From a virus: a stretch of 64,000 nucleotides of DNA. Location of the stretch: the IMG/VR virus record IMGVR_UViG_3300027921_000016, positions 33,849 through 97,848 of that record; one strand, 5' to 3'. Below, in pieces: positions 19,919 to 29,692 of this stretch (positions are counted from its first letter, which is position 1; each line of letters opens with the position of its first letter). The notes under the pieces were generated by a model. The model made no database searches, was not told the origin of the DNA, and was given only the letters and a program-made list of their open reading frames with translations. Both the position numbers and the translations under genes were made by a program.

Positions 19919-21709
19919 TTAGACGTTTACGTCGCCGCGAATTTGGATCGTGAACACATCCGACTGCGCGGTTGCCGGACCCTGCTGAATAGTACGTACC
20001 ACCCCCACCGGGAAATTGGCGGCAACGGTATTGAACCGCAGGACATTACCAGCAGCCCATCCACCACCCCATCCCAGAGCAGCAAGAGTGAAATACGGCA
20101 CCGACTGACTCGGGTTGTTCGGGGCCAGATCGGTACTGGTATTGCCTGTGGCGATCAATCCCACGTTCTCACCGATCACATTGAAAGCCGTACTGTTCGT
20201 GAAGATGATCGCCCAACGCTCCTGGATTGCCCCCCGGTTGGTAACCACAATCGGGTACTGAACATCATTGTATTCGGCTAGGGTATTGGTACCGATCACC
20301 GTATCCGACCACACGCTAGTCCAGGTGGCTTGATCGAACACGTTTGTATACCGGGCGAACATGTCGCCGATCAGCAAGGCGCTGCTGACGGAACTCCCAG
20401 TCGGGTAGTCATGGGTAAGCGGGCGAGTGACCGTGAGCTGACCATTGATCTGAACATCAGACAGCAAGCCCGTGTCCTCGATCCGGTCCTCGATGGTCAG
20501 GGGTTGACTCAGGCCTGTGAGGTTGCCGAACGTGAGTATCCCGGTGTCCAGGTTTACCGTGTACTTGCCCGTGTTGATCTCCGCCCCCGTGCTATCCAAC
20601 ACCCGCACACGAGTGATACGGGTACGGCCGAGATTCACAACCTCATTGGAGATATACGTTCCAGAATGCAGGCCCGTATGGTGAACCACCACCACACCAC
20701 CAACATGAAACAGCGGAACCTTGCCATCCTGAGGCAAACGCACGGGGTTGATGCCCAGGATAGAGGCGTCCAGCGGGATGTACACGTAGGAAACCGCTGC
20801 GTACCTGATGGTGTCCCCAAGAACGTGCCGGGGGCTAAACACCTGCCCGTTCACCACATTCACAGGGTCGTACCAAGGCTCGGCCTCGTTACCTGCGGCG
20901 GTAACCCAGGTACCAAATCGCAGGCGAACAATGCCAGTTTGGACATCAACAGTTCCTATCACGCCCGTGGCAGAGATGGTCCCGTTGGTATTCGCAGTAA
21001 CAGTGGTTATACCCCCTCCAGTGGCTCGCGCGAATTGAATGACAAGGCTTCCTGGCCGAATAGGTGAGGCCGCTGTACGGAAGGTCACGGCGTCTATCAC
21101 GTTCCCTACCACGGAAGTCACCAACCCAGTCACCGTACCGCTATTGGCAGACCCAGAAATAACCGAAGTCAGGTTCACCAGGCCGGTACTATAATCCACG
21201 GTTCCTACCGCAGTCCCTGACCCATTACTGGGGTTCAAATCCCAGTACATCACACCCGTCCGGTCGTATAGGGCCTTGCCCATGTACGACAACCGTACCG
21301 ATCCTGGGACAACCTCCTCTGCGTGACCAGGGGTGAGATCAAGCGTGGGTGTCCAGGTGAACGCCTGAACGGGAAGAGCGGCCTGTGAGTCAGCAGACCC
21401 CCAATAACCCCCGACTGAACCACCCGTACCCCAGAGATAGGGTTTCAACTCCGGGTCATTGTTCAGGGTGAAAACTGACCTATTGTAGTCGCCGCCCGTA
21501 GCTTTGGTTTGCTGAGACAGCCGGGTCAAAATCGAGTAGGTATCCGGAACGTCAAAAGCACCAGTCGTGTAGTTGATAGTGCCTACAGTAACCGCCCCAT
21601 TCTTGAGGTTACCCAACCCGTCATCCCGCAACGACACATGGCCCGTGACCACCATACGAGGGTCTGCCACTGAATTTTGCATCACATACCCGATTGCGCC
21701 TGTAGACAT
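19919..21709 (-). CDS. Large tail protein, C-terminal half (in frame with upstream ORF)
   Basis: LGINPVRLPQDGKVP and GWAAGNVLRFNT motifs; separated from upstream ORF by one TGA plus one codon. Confidence 0.7.
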   Translation of the reverse strand: MSTGAIGYVMQNSVADPRMVVTGHVSLRDDGLGNLKNGAVTVGTINYTTGAFDVPDTYSILTRLSQQTKATGGDYNRSVFTLNNDPELKPYLWGTGGSVGGYWGSADSQAALPVQAFTWTPTLDLTPGHAEEVVPGSVRLSYMGKALYDRTGVMYWDLNPSNGSGTAVGTVDYSTGLVNLTSVISGSANSGTVTGLVTSVVGNVIDAVTFRTAASPIRPGSLVIQFARATGGGITTVTANTNGTISATGVIGTVDVQTGIVRLRFGTWVTAAGNEAEPWYDPVNVVNGQVFSPRHVLGDTIRYAAVSYVYIPLDASILGINPVRLPQDGKVPLFHVGGVVVVHHTGLHSGTYISNEVVNLGRTRITRVRVLDSTGAEINTGKYTVNLDTGILTFGNLTGLSQPLTIEDRIEDTGLLSDVQINGQLTVTRPLTHDYPTGSSVSSALLIGDMFARYTNVFDQATWTSVWSDTVIGTNTLAEYNDVQYPIVVTNRGAIQERWAIIFTNSTAFNVIGENVGLIATGNTSTDLAPNNPSQSVPYFTLAALGWGGGWAAGNVLRFNTVAANFPVGVVRTIQQGPATAQSDVFTIQIRGDVNV

Positions 21710-21712
21710 AGA

Positions 21713-23479
21713 TCACCACATCAAGAATGTTTGAGGGATTGAGAGATTCAGATATAAGGTCTTTGGTCTCACCGCTTCCCCGAGACTGCCAGTCAGCCTC
21801 CCGCCAGCCTGAGTTACCACAGGGAAGTAACTCCGGGCGGTAGAGGTCTCGCCCACGGTGATAGAGAACGTGGTGCCTGCTGCGGGTATGAGCGTGGGGA
21901 TCAACCTGATCGTCCTGTCTGCGTAGTTCACAGTACCAGTGGCGTCCCCCTGAAGATTGCCATTCCCGTCATCGGTAGCCACTTTGTCCACCCCCCAGGC
22001 AAGGGTTACCAACCCAGGCACTATTGCGTTAGTGCCAGCAAGCTGTATGTCCTGGAACAAGGCTACAGTCACTCCCGCCCTACTAGTGTCTGCGTAGGGT
22101 AGCCCGTAGGTAAAGATCACTGAGCTACCCACGTCAGGCAGCGCCCCGAGGGTGACACTAACCGACCCCGTGGTAAAACTCACGATCCCCACGCCATAGG
22201 AGGAGTCCACTCCGCGAATAGCCCCAGACCCATCATCACGAATCACGTACCAGTTACCCTGGGACATAAAATGCACAGCCAGGCTTCCGGGAGTGGGGAT
22301 GGGGTCAAGGTAGGTCACAACCGTCTGGGACCTGGACTCAGTGGTAACCGACCAGGAGGCAGTTTGCGTATTTCTGGTGGGGGCCGCCGCTGGCCGGTAC
22401 ACCACAGCCTTGGTGCCTCCGATAGAGGGGCCGCCTGAATTGATGGTGACAACCCCGTTCGAGTAGTCCACCAAGCCAATGGGGGTGGTCCCACTCATCA
22501 GCACCCCACCCTTATCCACCAGGGAATAGGGTGCGGCAGTGATGGTCAGGGTACCGGGCATTATACTCTGGCCCACATGGAGGCCGGTAGTCGGATCAAA
22601 CGTGTAAGTGGAGTTAAACGATATGGTTCCAGCCCCAGACGGCAGATATACAACTGAGTCCCCGTTTGGCTTCACATCCGTAATGGGGATTTCAGTCTGA
22701 GCACTGGGCACCAACACTCCGAAGATCGTGTCTGCGGTTATCGTGTAGTCCCCGACTGCTAGTGTCCCACTAACAGGGCGTATGCCATAGTACACAGCGG
22801 CGTCCGCCACCACCGTTGAATAGAGTTTGCAGGTGGTGGGTTGGCTATACACACAGGAAGGCGAGCCGCCCAAGGCGTCGAACGCCAGAGGGTCGGAGAT
22901 ATAGAGGGTCACCACATTGAAAGTCTTGCTTCCACACGGGCTCAGGCTAAACGTGCGGATCACACTGTCTACCCCAGTGACCCGTACAAACTGACTATCC
23001 TCGGTAGAAAGCCCTGGGTTCTTGACCACCACAATGGTGGTACCGGTGGTAACCAAGGGCTCGGACACCTCCATCAGCACCAGTAGAGCCTTCTGCCCTG
23101 CGATGTGCTGGTCAAACAAAATCCCAGGGAACAACGGGCCACGGGCTAGGTAACTTTCCATGCGATCAACGGCCTGACTTCTCGTAGCCGTCCAATCACG
23201 CATGGTAAACAGCGTGGCGTGTACCAGCGGATCAGCCGGTGCCTGGGAGATAATGACGTGTGCCCCCATGTAGCTATCGGTATCAGCGGTGGTAACTGCT
23301 GGGAACGCCTGACGCCAATTGAACCGCCCAAGAGTGCGGTCGAGTTCAGAGATATCGGGAAACAGATTGTTGCTCACACCCCCGACGATCACGGTCCCGG
23401 TCACAGGCCCACCACCATCCTCGGTGTCAGTCATTCGCTGACTGGCAAATAGCACGATGTTGTTTTGACTGATCGCCAT
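21713..23479 (-). CDS. Large tail protein, N-terminal half
   Basis: SQRMTDTEDGGG...NNLFPDISELDR conserved N-terminus. Confidence 0.75.
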   Translation of the reverse strand: MAISQNNIVLFASQRMTDTEDGGGPVTGTVIVGGVSNNLFPDISELDRTLGRFNWRQAFPAVTTADTDSYMGAHVIISQAPADPLVHATLFTMRDWTATRSQAVDRMESYLARGPLFPGILFDQHIAGQKALLVLMEVSEPLVTTGTTIVVVKNPGLSTEDSQFVRVTGVDSVIRTFSLSPCGSKTFNVVTLYISDPLAFDALGGSPSCVYSQPTTCKLYSTVVADAAVYYGIRPVSGTLAVGDYTITADTIFGVLVPSAQTEIPITDVKPNGDSVVYLPSGAGTISFNSTYTFDPTTGLHVGQSIMPGTLTITAAPYSLVDKGGVLMSGTTPIGLVDYSNGVVTINSGGPSIGGTKAVVYRPAAAPTRNTQTASWSVTTESRSQTVVTYLDPIPTPGSLAVHFMSQGNWYVIRDDGSGAIRGVDSSYGVGIVSFTTGSVSVTLGALPDVGSSVIFTYGLPYADTSRAGVTVALFQDIQLAGTNAIVPGLVTLAWGVDKVATDDGNGNLQGDATGTVNYADRTIRLIPTLIPAAGTTFSITVGETSTARSYFPVVTQAGGRLTGSLGEAVRPKTLYLNLSIPQTFLMW

Positions 23480-23486
23480 CTTGACC

Positions 23487-23894
23487 TCAAACGGTTAAAA
23501 ACTTCAGCTTCACGTTGTACCAGTCCGTAGAACCGTGGGCAGGGAACCCGGCTACAGGTGTTGCGTCCACGGGATTTTCTGAGGTTTTGAACACTACCGT
23601 GAACTCCCGTGTGTCTGTTGGGTATTCTAACACTAGCTTGTACTGCACGCCAGGGGCACTTGCCCATGCAATCAATTGCAGTACCGTGGACCTTGGCACC
23701 CACGCCATATCAGACTGAGGCGTCAAGGTGATGGGCCGCCCAGCCTGCTTGGTGCCAACATGGATAATCAACGCCCCGGTCACACCCCATTCTTCGGTAC
23801 TCACAACCGGTACCCAGGTGTTCTCGTCCACCCACAACAAATCATTGGGGAGGTCGAGTACCACCGGTACTGTATCGAGGGTCTGAAGTTTCAT
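23487..23894 (-). CDS. Distal-tail-like protein
   Basis: LPNDLLWVDE...QAGRPITL; directly after tape measure. Confidence 0.7.
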   Translation of the reverse strand: MKLQTLDTVPVVLDLPNDLLWVDENTWVPVVSTEEWGVTGALIIHVGTKQAGRPITLTPQSDMAWVPRSTVLQLIAWASAPGVQYKLVLEYPTDTREFTVVFKTSENPVDATPVAGFPAHGSTDWYNVKLKFLTV

Positions 23895-23901
23895 GCTCTA
23901 C

Positions 23902-26900
23902 TCACTGGTAACTGGCTTTCATGGCATTCAACATGGATAGTAGGTCTTGCTCCCCACCTGCGGGCACAAATACATTGCTGGTCTTCTTGCCAAAGGACAG
24001 CTCGATCTTCATCATCGCACCTGAGGTACCAGGTTTCAGATTGGAGGTATCGTACTCACCAGCAGCCTTGTTGATCTTGGCCGTGGCCTCGTATTCGGCT
24101 GCGTACTGTGCTGCTGTCTTCTTGGCTAGGGCCGCCTGGGCGTCTGTTTCCTGCGCCGCCACTACCTTGGCCGCCGACACCTTGTCCAGGAGTTGCAATG
24201 CCTGGGTCAAGGCGGCAATGGCCACGCTGTCCTTGGAGGCGGTAGCTACTGCGAGCTGGGATTCAATCTCGGCCTTACGAGCAGCGGCATGCCGTACCTC
24301 CATGGCTGAAGTCGTGTTATTGATCTGGTCCCATTCATCAAGGAGCGAGGCCAGGGTACTCTGGGCGGTCTCCCGTAGTTGCTGCATACGTGCCACGGCA
24401 TCGGCCAGAGCCTGCCTCAAGGGTAGGAGTTGCTGCTCCCCCAGAAGTCCGGAGAACGTGCCAGCCTCCCGAGCTTGATTCCCAAGTATTTCCCACCCTC
24501 TGGCAATATCCCAGACCGTAGCCCCATGAGACTTCAGGGACGCTACCAGGCCGGTAGACACCTCCTCCTGCTCCTTGAACCTGGCCGTCACAAATTCTGA
24601 AAACCGCCTGAGATCGTGCAGGTAGTTGCCGATGGACTGGCCAACGGCCCCGATACTGCCCAGGGATTTGGTGAAGAACTGATCCGCTGCGTCACTCATG
24701 GACCGAAACTGCTGGTGGTAGCCGTTGATGATACTGCCCATGGCGCCACCAAGGTCTCGCAGATTTGCATGGAAGCCATTGATAAAAGACTGCATGGACC
24801 CAAGCTCCCCGGCCGTAGCCTGTGCCGCCGCAGTAGCTTGACTCCTGGCAAGGGCTAGGGCTTCAGCGGCAGTGGCCCCCATCCTCAGGAATTCCTCACC
24901 GGTCTTCCCGATCTCCACCGTAAAGTTGTGCTGCGCCGCCTCAGCCCGCACTATATCCGGGATAATCCCGTTATTAGCCTCTATCGCTGCCTTTGCCCAC
25001 TTACCCCAGGCGGTATTCTGGGTATCCAGGGAGGCTCCACTGGCGTCGATCAACGTCAAGTTCTTACGAGCCTCGTCCGCTACTTGGATGAGAGCTTCCG
25101 TGGATTTCACCCCCAGCTTCTCATAGGCAGTAGTGACCCCTGGGATGGCGGACTCCAGCATACGCACACCAAGGGAAGCGTCCTTCATGGACTGCACGGT
25201 AGCCTGACCAACGGCATCTACCTCGATCTTGAACCCGTGCATACCTGCTTGGGCTCTCAGGGTGCTGTCGGCCACCCCATTATTGGCTTTGATGGCCGCC
25301 TCAGCATAGGTTTTCCAGGCGGCGTCCAGGGTGCTACCTGCTGCCCCAAACTTCTGTAGCACCTCCAGGTTCTTCTTGGCCGTGTCTGCAATCAATTGCA
25401 GAGCCGCAGAGGTCTTCAACCCGAGACCCTCATACGCTGCCGCTACCTTGGGAGTCAGGGCCGAGAAGGCGTCAACCTGGGCGTGCAAGGCTTTTACCGC
25501 CTCAGTCCCAAGATTTACCCTGGTGCCATACTCCTTCACGGCCTCATGAAGGCGGGTAAAATCTTCTACCGACTTCGCGGCCTTCAGTTGCGTGTCGAAT
25601 GCCTTGTCAAACTGCACGCCCATCAACTTGACTGCTTGAGTAGCCGCACCCATAAGAGCCGTTCCCTCACGCAGGTTACCAAGATCGAGCAGCTCCTGGG
25701 CTCTCTTCTTGATGGCATCAACCGCAGCACCCACGGCGTTCAGGTCCAACAAGGTCTTGGCCGTGTCCAGGCCTTTCTCAAAGGCATCAGTGAACTGCTG
25801 GGAGGTAGTCAGGGCCGACGAGGCCATGGCCGTGAGCGAGCCAGACAAATCGATCACGTTCTTGGTCACCCCGGTCTTCAACTCCTCGGTGGCGATGCCC
25901 ATGTTCTTTACCGATGTACCCCAATCCTCCTGTAGCTTGGTCACAACCCCATCCAAGGCGTTCATGGCCTTGGCCACTTCCTCGGGTGCTCCTCCGGCTT
26001 CCCCAAACTTGGTGATCGAGGCCGTGATCAAATCAACCGCCACCTTCTGCTCGGTGGAAGTCAAGGCATTGAGTCTCTGGGCTTCCGTGAGCTTACGTAT
26101 ATCCTCCTCGATGCCCTTGAACGAAGTAGCCTTACCCAGGGAGTCCAGAGAGACCCTGGCAGCCTCCAGTTGCTTCTTCAAAGTCTTGGCCGCCTCTGCC
26201 CCGGAGGTAAACCCCGCCGGTAGTTCCTGGCCAGCAGCGATAGCCGAGTCCACAAGCTGTAGAATCTGCTTATCCGTGAGCTTGCCCTGTTGGGCCAACT
26301 CTATCATGGACTTGACCGTGCGTGCCCCTGCCTCTTTCACATCGTCCAAAGAGATGGCTTGATCATCCGTAGCCTTGGAGAGCTTCTTGAATTCATCCTG
26401 CACCTGGGAAAAGCTCGTGGCCTTGCCAAAATCAGTGATCGCCAAGTGTACGGTCTTCACACCCTTCAGGAAATCCTGGGTGGCTGTTCGCCCATTGGCG
26501 AAATCCGTGACAATCTGGTCTGCCAGCTTCTCAGAAGCTTGACTGGTGTTGTACAGCGATTGCGCGGTTGCCTTCAGAACCGTGGACAAGCTTCCAAGTC
26601 CGGGTACCATTCCTGCAAGCGCAGCAAGGGCTTCCGCGATATTCCCAGCCACCCCGAGGAAGGCTGAGGCTACGATCAACACTCCCGCCCGCAAGAAAGA
26701 AAAGCCGTCCCTCAACCCCGCTACCACGAATCCAATACCCCATAACACAGCCTTAAGTGGGTCCCCTGCCTCTGACAGCCGAAAAAACGATGCAGCCAGT
26801 TGCACGATGTCCGTGATGATCCCCACCACGTTAGCCCCAATGGACTCCAGGATGTCCACATTCGCGGCGACAAAACTGGCTATGCCTTCCACCACGTAGC

Positions 26901-27867
26901 TGATGGTATCTGCCAATTGCCCAATCACTCCACCAAAGTGCTTGCTGGCCTCCCCCGAGGAGTCCATGCCCTTGGCAATTGACTCCAGGTGCTTAAGCAG
27001 TAGTGTAGCGGAGTCCACGATAGCGCCATACGCAGGAAGCAGGTGCTGGCCAATAGCCTGCGAGAGCTGCTCCTGGTATCTGGTCATGGACGATACTTTC
27101 TTGCCCACGGACTCCATCGAAAGCTCGTAGGCTCCTTGTAGCTTGGTGGCCTCCTCCAGTACCGCGTTATTGACCGCCTGAATCTTCTGCTGTTGTGTCA
27201 GGGCTGCCGTGGTCTTGTTGATGGACGTGGCAAACTTCTCCTGGGCTGCCTGGATATTGATGTTCAGGCCCATGAACCTCAGACCCATGGTATCCATTTG
27301 CTGGATGTTCGTGATCATCCGTTGGAACGTGTAACTACTGTTCTCACCGGTTACAACCGCCAAATCCTGGGCTGCGCGAGCAAGACGCTCGACGTTACTG
27401 GTTGCTCCCGCAGTCATGGGACCAAGGGGCAGACCTGCCTGGATCATAGCGGTCATGGACGTGCGAGCAGCTTGGGTGGTAATCCCCAGCTTCTCAAGGC
27501 CCTTCTCATACCCGGCTATCTGATCCTTGGAGTACCCAGCGTTCTTCGAGACCACCCCCAGGGTGATACCCAGGGTCTCCGATCTGGCTGCGTAATCCGC
27601 TAGTTCCTTGACCCCCTGCACGGCCAAAAAACCCACAAACGCGGCGGCCGCCGCCTTGATGTACCCCGTTAGCTTACTATACCCCTCCCCCATGGCCTCA
27701 AGCTGGGTCCCCAACTCCTTTCCTTTATGGGACATCACAGAGGCGCCATGGGCGGCATCCGTACTGGCCGAACCGACCCCCCTGATGTTGTCAACCACAG
27801 TACTCAGGTTGTTCATGCCGTCTATGAAAGCACGGATTCGTATGTCAAGGTTTGCAGTAGTGGTCAT
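23902..27867 (-). CDS. Tape measure protein
   Basis: 1321 aa, Ala-rich helical, hydrophobic central region, downstream of chaperones. Confidence 0.9.
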   Translation of the reverse strand: MTTTANLDIRIRAFIDGMNNLSTVVDNIRGVGSASTDAAHGASVMSHKGKELGTQLEAMGEGYSKLTGYIKAAAAAFVGFLAVQGVKELADYAARSETLGITLGVVSKNAGYSKDQIAGYEKGLEKLGITTQAARTSMTAMIQAGLPLGPMTAGATSNVERLARAAQDLAVVTGENSSYTFQRMITNIQQMDTMGLRFMGLNINIQAAQEKFATSINKTTAALTQQQKIQAVNNAVLEEATKLQGAYELSMESVGKKVSSMTRYQEQLSQAIGQHLLPAYGAIVDSATLLLKHLESIAKGMDSSGEASKHFGGVIGQLADTISYVVEGIASFVAANVDILESIGANVVGIITDIVQLAASFFRLSEAGDPLKAVLWGIGFVVAGLRDGFSFLRAGVLIVASAFLGVAGNIAEALAALAGMVPGLGSLSTVLKATAQSLYNTSQASEKLADQIVTDFANGRTATQDFLKGVKTVHLAITDFGKATSFSQVQDEFKKLSKATDDQAISLDDVKEAGARTVKSMIELAQQGKLTDKQILQLVDSAIAAGQELPAGFTSGAEAAKTLKKQLEAARVSLDSLGKATSFKGIEEDIRKLTEAQRLNALTSTEQKVAVDLITASITKFGEAGGAPEEVAKAMNALDGVVTKLQEDWGTSVKNMGIATEELKTGVTKNVIDLSGSLTAMASSALTTSQQFTDAFEKGLDTAKTLLDLNAVGAAVDAIKKRAQELLDLGNLREGTALMGAATQAVKLMGVQFDKAFDTQLKAAKSVEDFTRLHEAVKEYGTRVNLGTEAVKALHAQVDAFSALTPKVAAAYEGLGLKTSAALQLIADTAKKNLEVLQKFGAAGSTLDAAWKTYAEAAIKANNGVADSTLRAQAGMHGFKIEVDAVGQATVQSMKDASLGVRMLESAIPGVTTAYEKLGVKSTEALIQVADEARKNLTLIDASGASLDTQNTAWGKWAKAAIEANNGIIPDIVRAEAAQHNFTVEIGKTGEEFLRMGATAAEALALARSQATAAAQATAGELGSMQSFINGFHANLRDLGGAMGSIINGYHQQFRSMSDAADQFFTKSLGSIGAVGQSIGNYLHDLRRFSEFVTARFKEQEEVSTGLVASLKSHGATVWDIARGWEILGNQAREAGTFSGLLGEQQLLPLRQALADAVARMQQLRETAQSTLASLLDEWDQINNTTSAMEVRHAAARKAEIESQLAVATASKDSVAIAALTQALQLLDKVSAAKVVAAQETDAQAALAKKTAAQYAAEYEATAKINKAAGEYDTSNLKPGTSGAMMKIELSFGKKTSNVFVPAGGEQDLLSMLNAMKASYQ

Positions 27868-27872
27868 GAGCG

Positions 27873-28160
27873 TCAGTCGGTTAAACTCTTCAAAGCCGTA
27901 GCCATGCCTTCTTCAGTGCCCCTGGCAGCAACTGCCCCTAACCGCAACCCTATGGCCCTGTCCCGCTTGTCCTTACGGAAGGAAGCCTTGAGGAACGCCA
28001 GATACTGGGACCAAGTGTACTCCAGGATGTCCCCATACCGGTGCCCGCTGCTTATCAGGTCTTGGAAGGCATCGCTCCAGGAAGTTTGATTTTGCTTGCG
28101 ACCCCGAGCAGCCGCTCCAGAGCCTGTGATACGGAGGGGAACAACCTCTGGATAAAAAAA
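27873..28160 (-). CDS. Tail assembly chaperone GT extension (-1 frameshift product)
   Basis: -1 frame open from T TTT TTT (28154-28160) through WSDAFQDLISSGHRYGDILEYT to TGA 27873; no own start. Confidence 0.75.
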   Translation of the reverse strand, partial: FFYPEVVPLRITGSGAAARGRKQNQTSWSDAFQDLISSGHRYGDILEYTWSQYLAFLKASFRKDKRDRAIGLRLGAVAARGTEEGMATALKSLTD

Positions 28161-28462
28161 TCGAGGTTCACCTCGATGACCTTGGTGGTGACCGTGATAA
28201 GGTCGTCGGCCTTAAGTTCCATCACCCAGTCCACTTCCCGACCCAGCATCAGCGCCACCAACTGAACAATCTCGTCCGGGTACTGGAGCACGAGAGCCCC
28301 GACATCCACGGGCTTCTTCGGGTCCTTGAATTCTTGCAGAACCGGGGCCACTAACTTCACGATCTGCGTGAGTTGTTTCACCTTCAGTTCCGGGATTACG
28401 ATTTCTTCCCCGCCGATGAGTACGCTCTGAACCTCGGGGATCATGGTAGTAAGGTCACTCAT
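28055..28462 (-). CDS. Tail assembly chaperone G
   Basis: AGGAG RBS, MSDLTT...EVNLDFF; between major tail and tape measure. Confidence 0.8.
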   Translation of the reverse strand: MSDLTTMIPEVQSVLIGGEEIVIPELKVKQLTQIVKLVAPVLQEFKDPKKPVDVGALVLQYPDEIVQLVALMLGREVDWVMELKADDLITVTTKVIEVNLDFFIQRLFPSVSQALERLLGVASKIKLPGAMPSKT

Positions 28463-28480
28463 TGTCCTACTCCTAAGAAT

Positions 28481-28503
28481 AAGAGGGGCATGTAGCCCCT
28501 CTC
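28481..28503 (-). terminator. Hairpin after major tail gene
   Basis: AGAGGGGC-atgta-GCCCCTCT followed on minus strand by T-rich TATTCTT. Confidence 0.5.
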
Positions 28504-28533
28504 GTGGTTCCCTGCAATTGATTGCACCTGGGG

Positions 28534-29664
28534 TTAGTACATCTGCTTCACGTGGAAGTACTTGCTGCCGGTAGTCTTGGTGGAATCGGCCAGGATAGCG
28601 CCCTCGATGGTCATCTTGCCTATGGTGTCCGAGATCAGGTCCAACTCCTTCAGCGGATCGACCGAGAACTTGTAGACCTCGACCACCACGGGGTTGAAGC
28701 TGGTAACCGAGGTGCCACTCGGATCGGCGGTGTTCAGGCCCTCGAAGCGGAGGAACATCTCCTGTGGGGGCAGGGTCAGGGTATCCACCCGGTTCTGAGC
28801 GGCGTAGTTGTAGCCGATGGCCGTTAGCGTTACCGGGAAGGGCTGGCCGGTACTGGCCTTGGTGATGGGCACGACCAGGGTAGTGGTAGCCAGGACGACC
28901 GCGCCTGCCGAACCAGGGATCGTGACCGTCAAGGTGGTAGCAGAGATCGCGGTAATCGTACCTGCGATACCATTCACCGAGGCTGCGCCCGCACCGGTAA
29001 CGCCCCACAGAGACACCGTGTCATTCACTGCCAACGGGGAATTACTGGCGGCGTACCCTGGCCAGGCCGTGAGACCGGTGATCGCCAAACTAGAGGCGGT
29101 GATCGTGCCGACCGGGGTGCCAGTCAGGGCTATGCTCAGCTTGACCGGGGCCACGGTTTCGGTACCGCTGTTCAGCTTGTACGAGCCAGCGTCGGCATTC
29201 CACTTGTAGTCCCAGGCGGTGGCATCATCCACGTACTCGGTCAGCACCCCCGAGGTCCAACCGGGGGTGCCGTTGGTCATCACCAGGGAAGTCACGCTCA
29301 TGTGCGCGAGGTTGCCAACGGCACCCATGTACCCGGTGTCCGTACCTGCGGACACCACCCCTGCCGGGATGATGGTGAACGCCCCGCGCGTGGCGATGGC
29401 CAGATTTCGGGCGATCAGGTTCTCCAAGTCAAAGGAGATCGTACCCTTGATCTCCGTAACCAGCCGCTTGTCCATGGCACGGACGCCATCCTGGGCGTTC
29501 TTGTGGTCGGTGGTGGATGCGGCCATGCCGATCTTGAGGGCAGTGCAGTTGCCGAGGGGGAACAGGGCACCAGCATTGCCCTGGGCATCACGCTGACCGA
29601 TCATCACCACGCCCTGACCGCTGTAGTAGTGGTTGCCCACATCATTGTGTACGTTAACACTCAT
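28534..29664 (-). CDS. Major tail tube protein
   Basis: YYSGQGVVMIG...LGNC...LRFEGLNTA motifs. Confidence 0.85.
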   Translation of the reverse strand: MSVNVHNDVGNHYYSGQGVVMIGQRDAQGNAGALFPLGNCTALKIGMAASTTDHKNAQDGVRAMDKRLVTEIKGTISFDLENLIARNLAIATRGAFTIIPAGVVSAGTDTGYMGAVGNLAHMSVTSLVMTNGTPGWTSGVLTEYVDDATAWDYKWNADAGSYKLNSGTETVAPVKLSIALTGTPVGTITASSLAITGLTAWPGYAASNSPLAVNDTVSLWGVTGAGAASVNGIAGTITAISATTLTVTIPGSAGAVVLATTTLVVPITKASTGQPFPVTLTAIGYNYAAQNRVDTLTLPPQEMFLRFEGLNTADPSGTSVTSFNPVVVEVYKFSVDPLKELDLISDTIGKMTIEGAILADSTKTTGSKYFHVKQMY

Positions 29665-29692
29665 TTCGTGCTCCTAGTTAGGGGTTGGGCGA

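Noticed and set aside
21713-21715. Genome-wide TGA recoding or selenocysteine
   Set aside because: TGA is used as a normal stop in many ATGA overlaps; no SECIS or suppressor tRNA evident
28055-29008. 317-aa ORF as listed in the track
   Set aside because: Upstream part overlaps the major tail gene; real start is 28462 with RBS. Similar over-extensions were trimmed for capsid, endolysin, DUF6011 and 63507 ORFs
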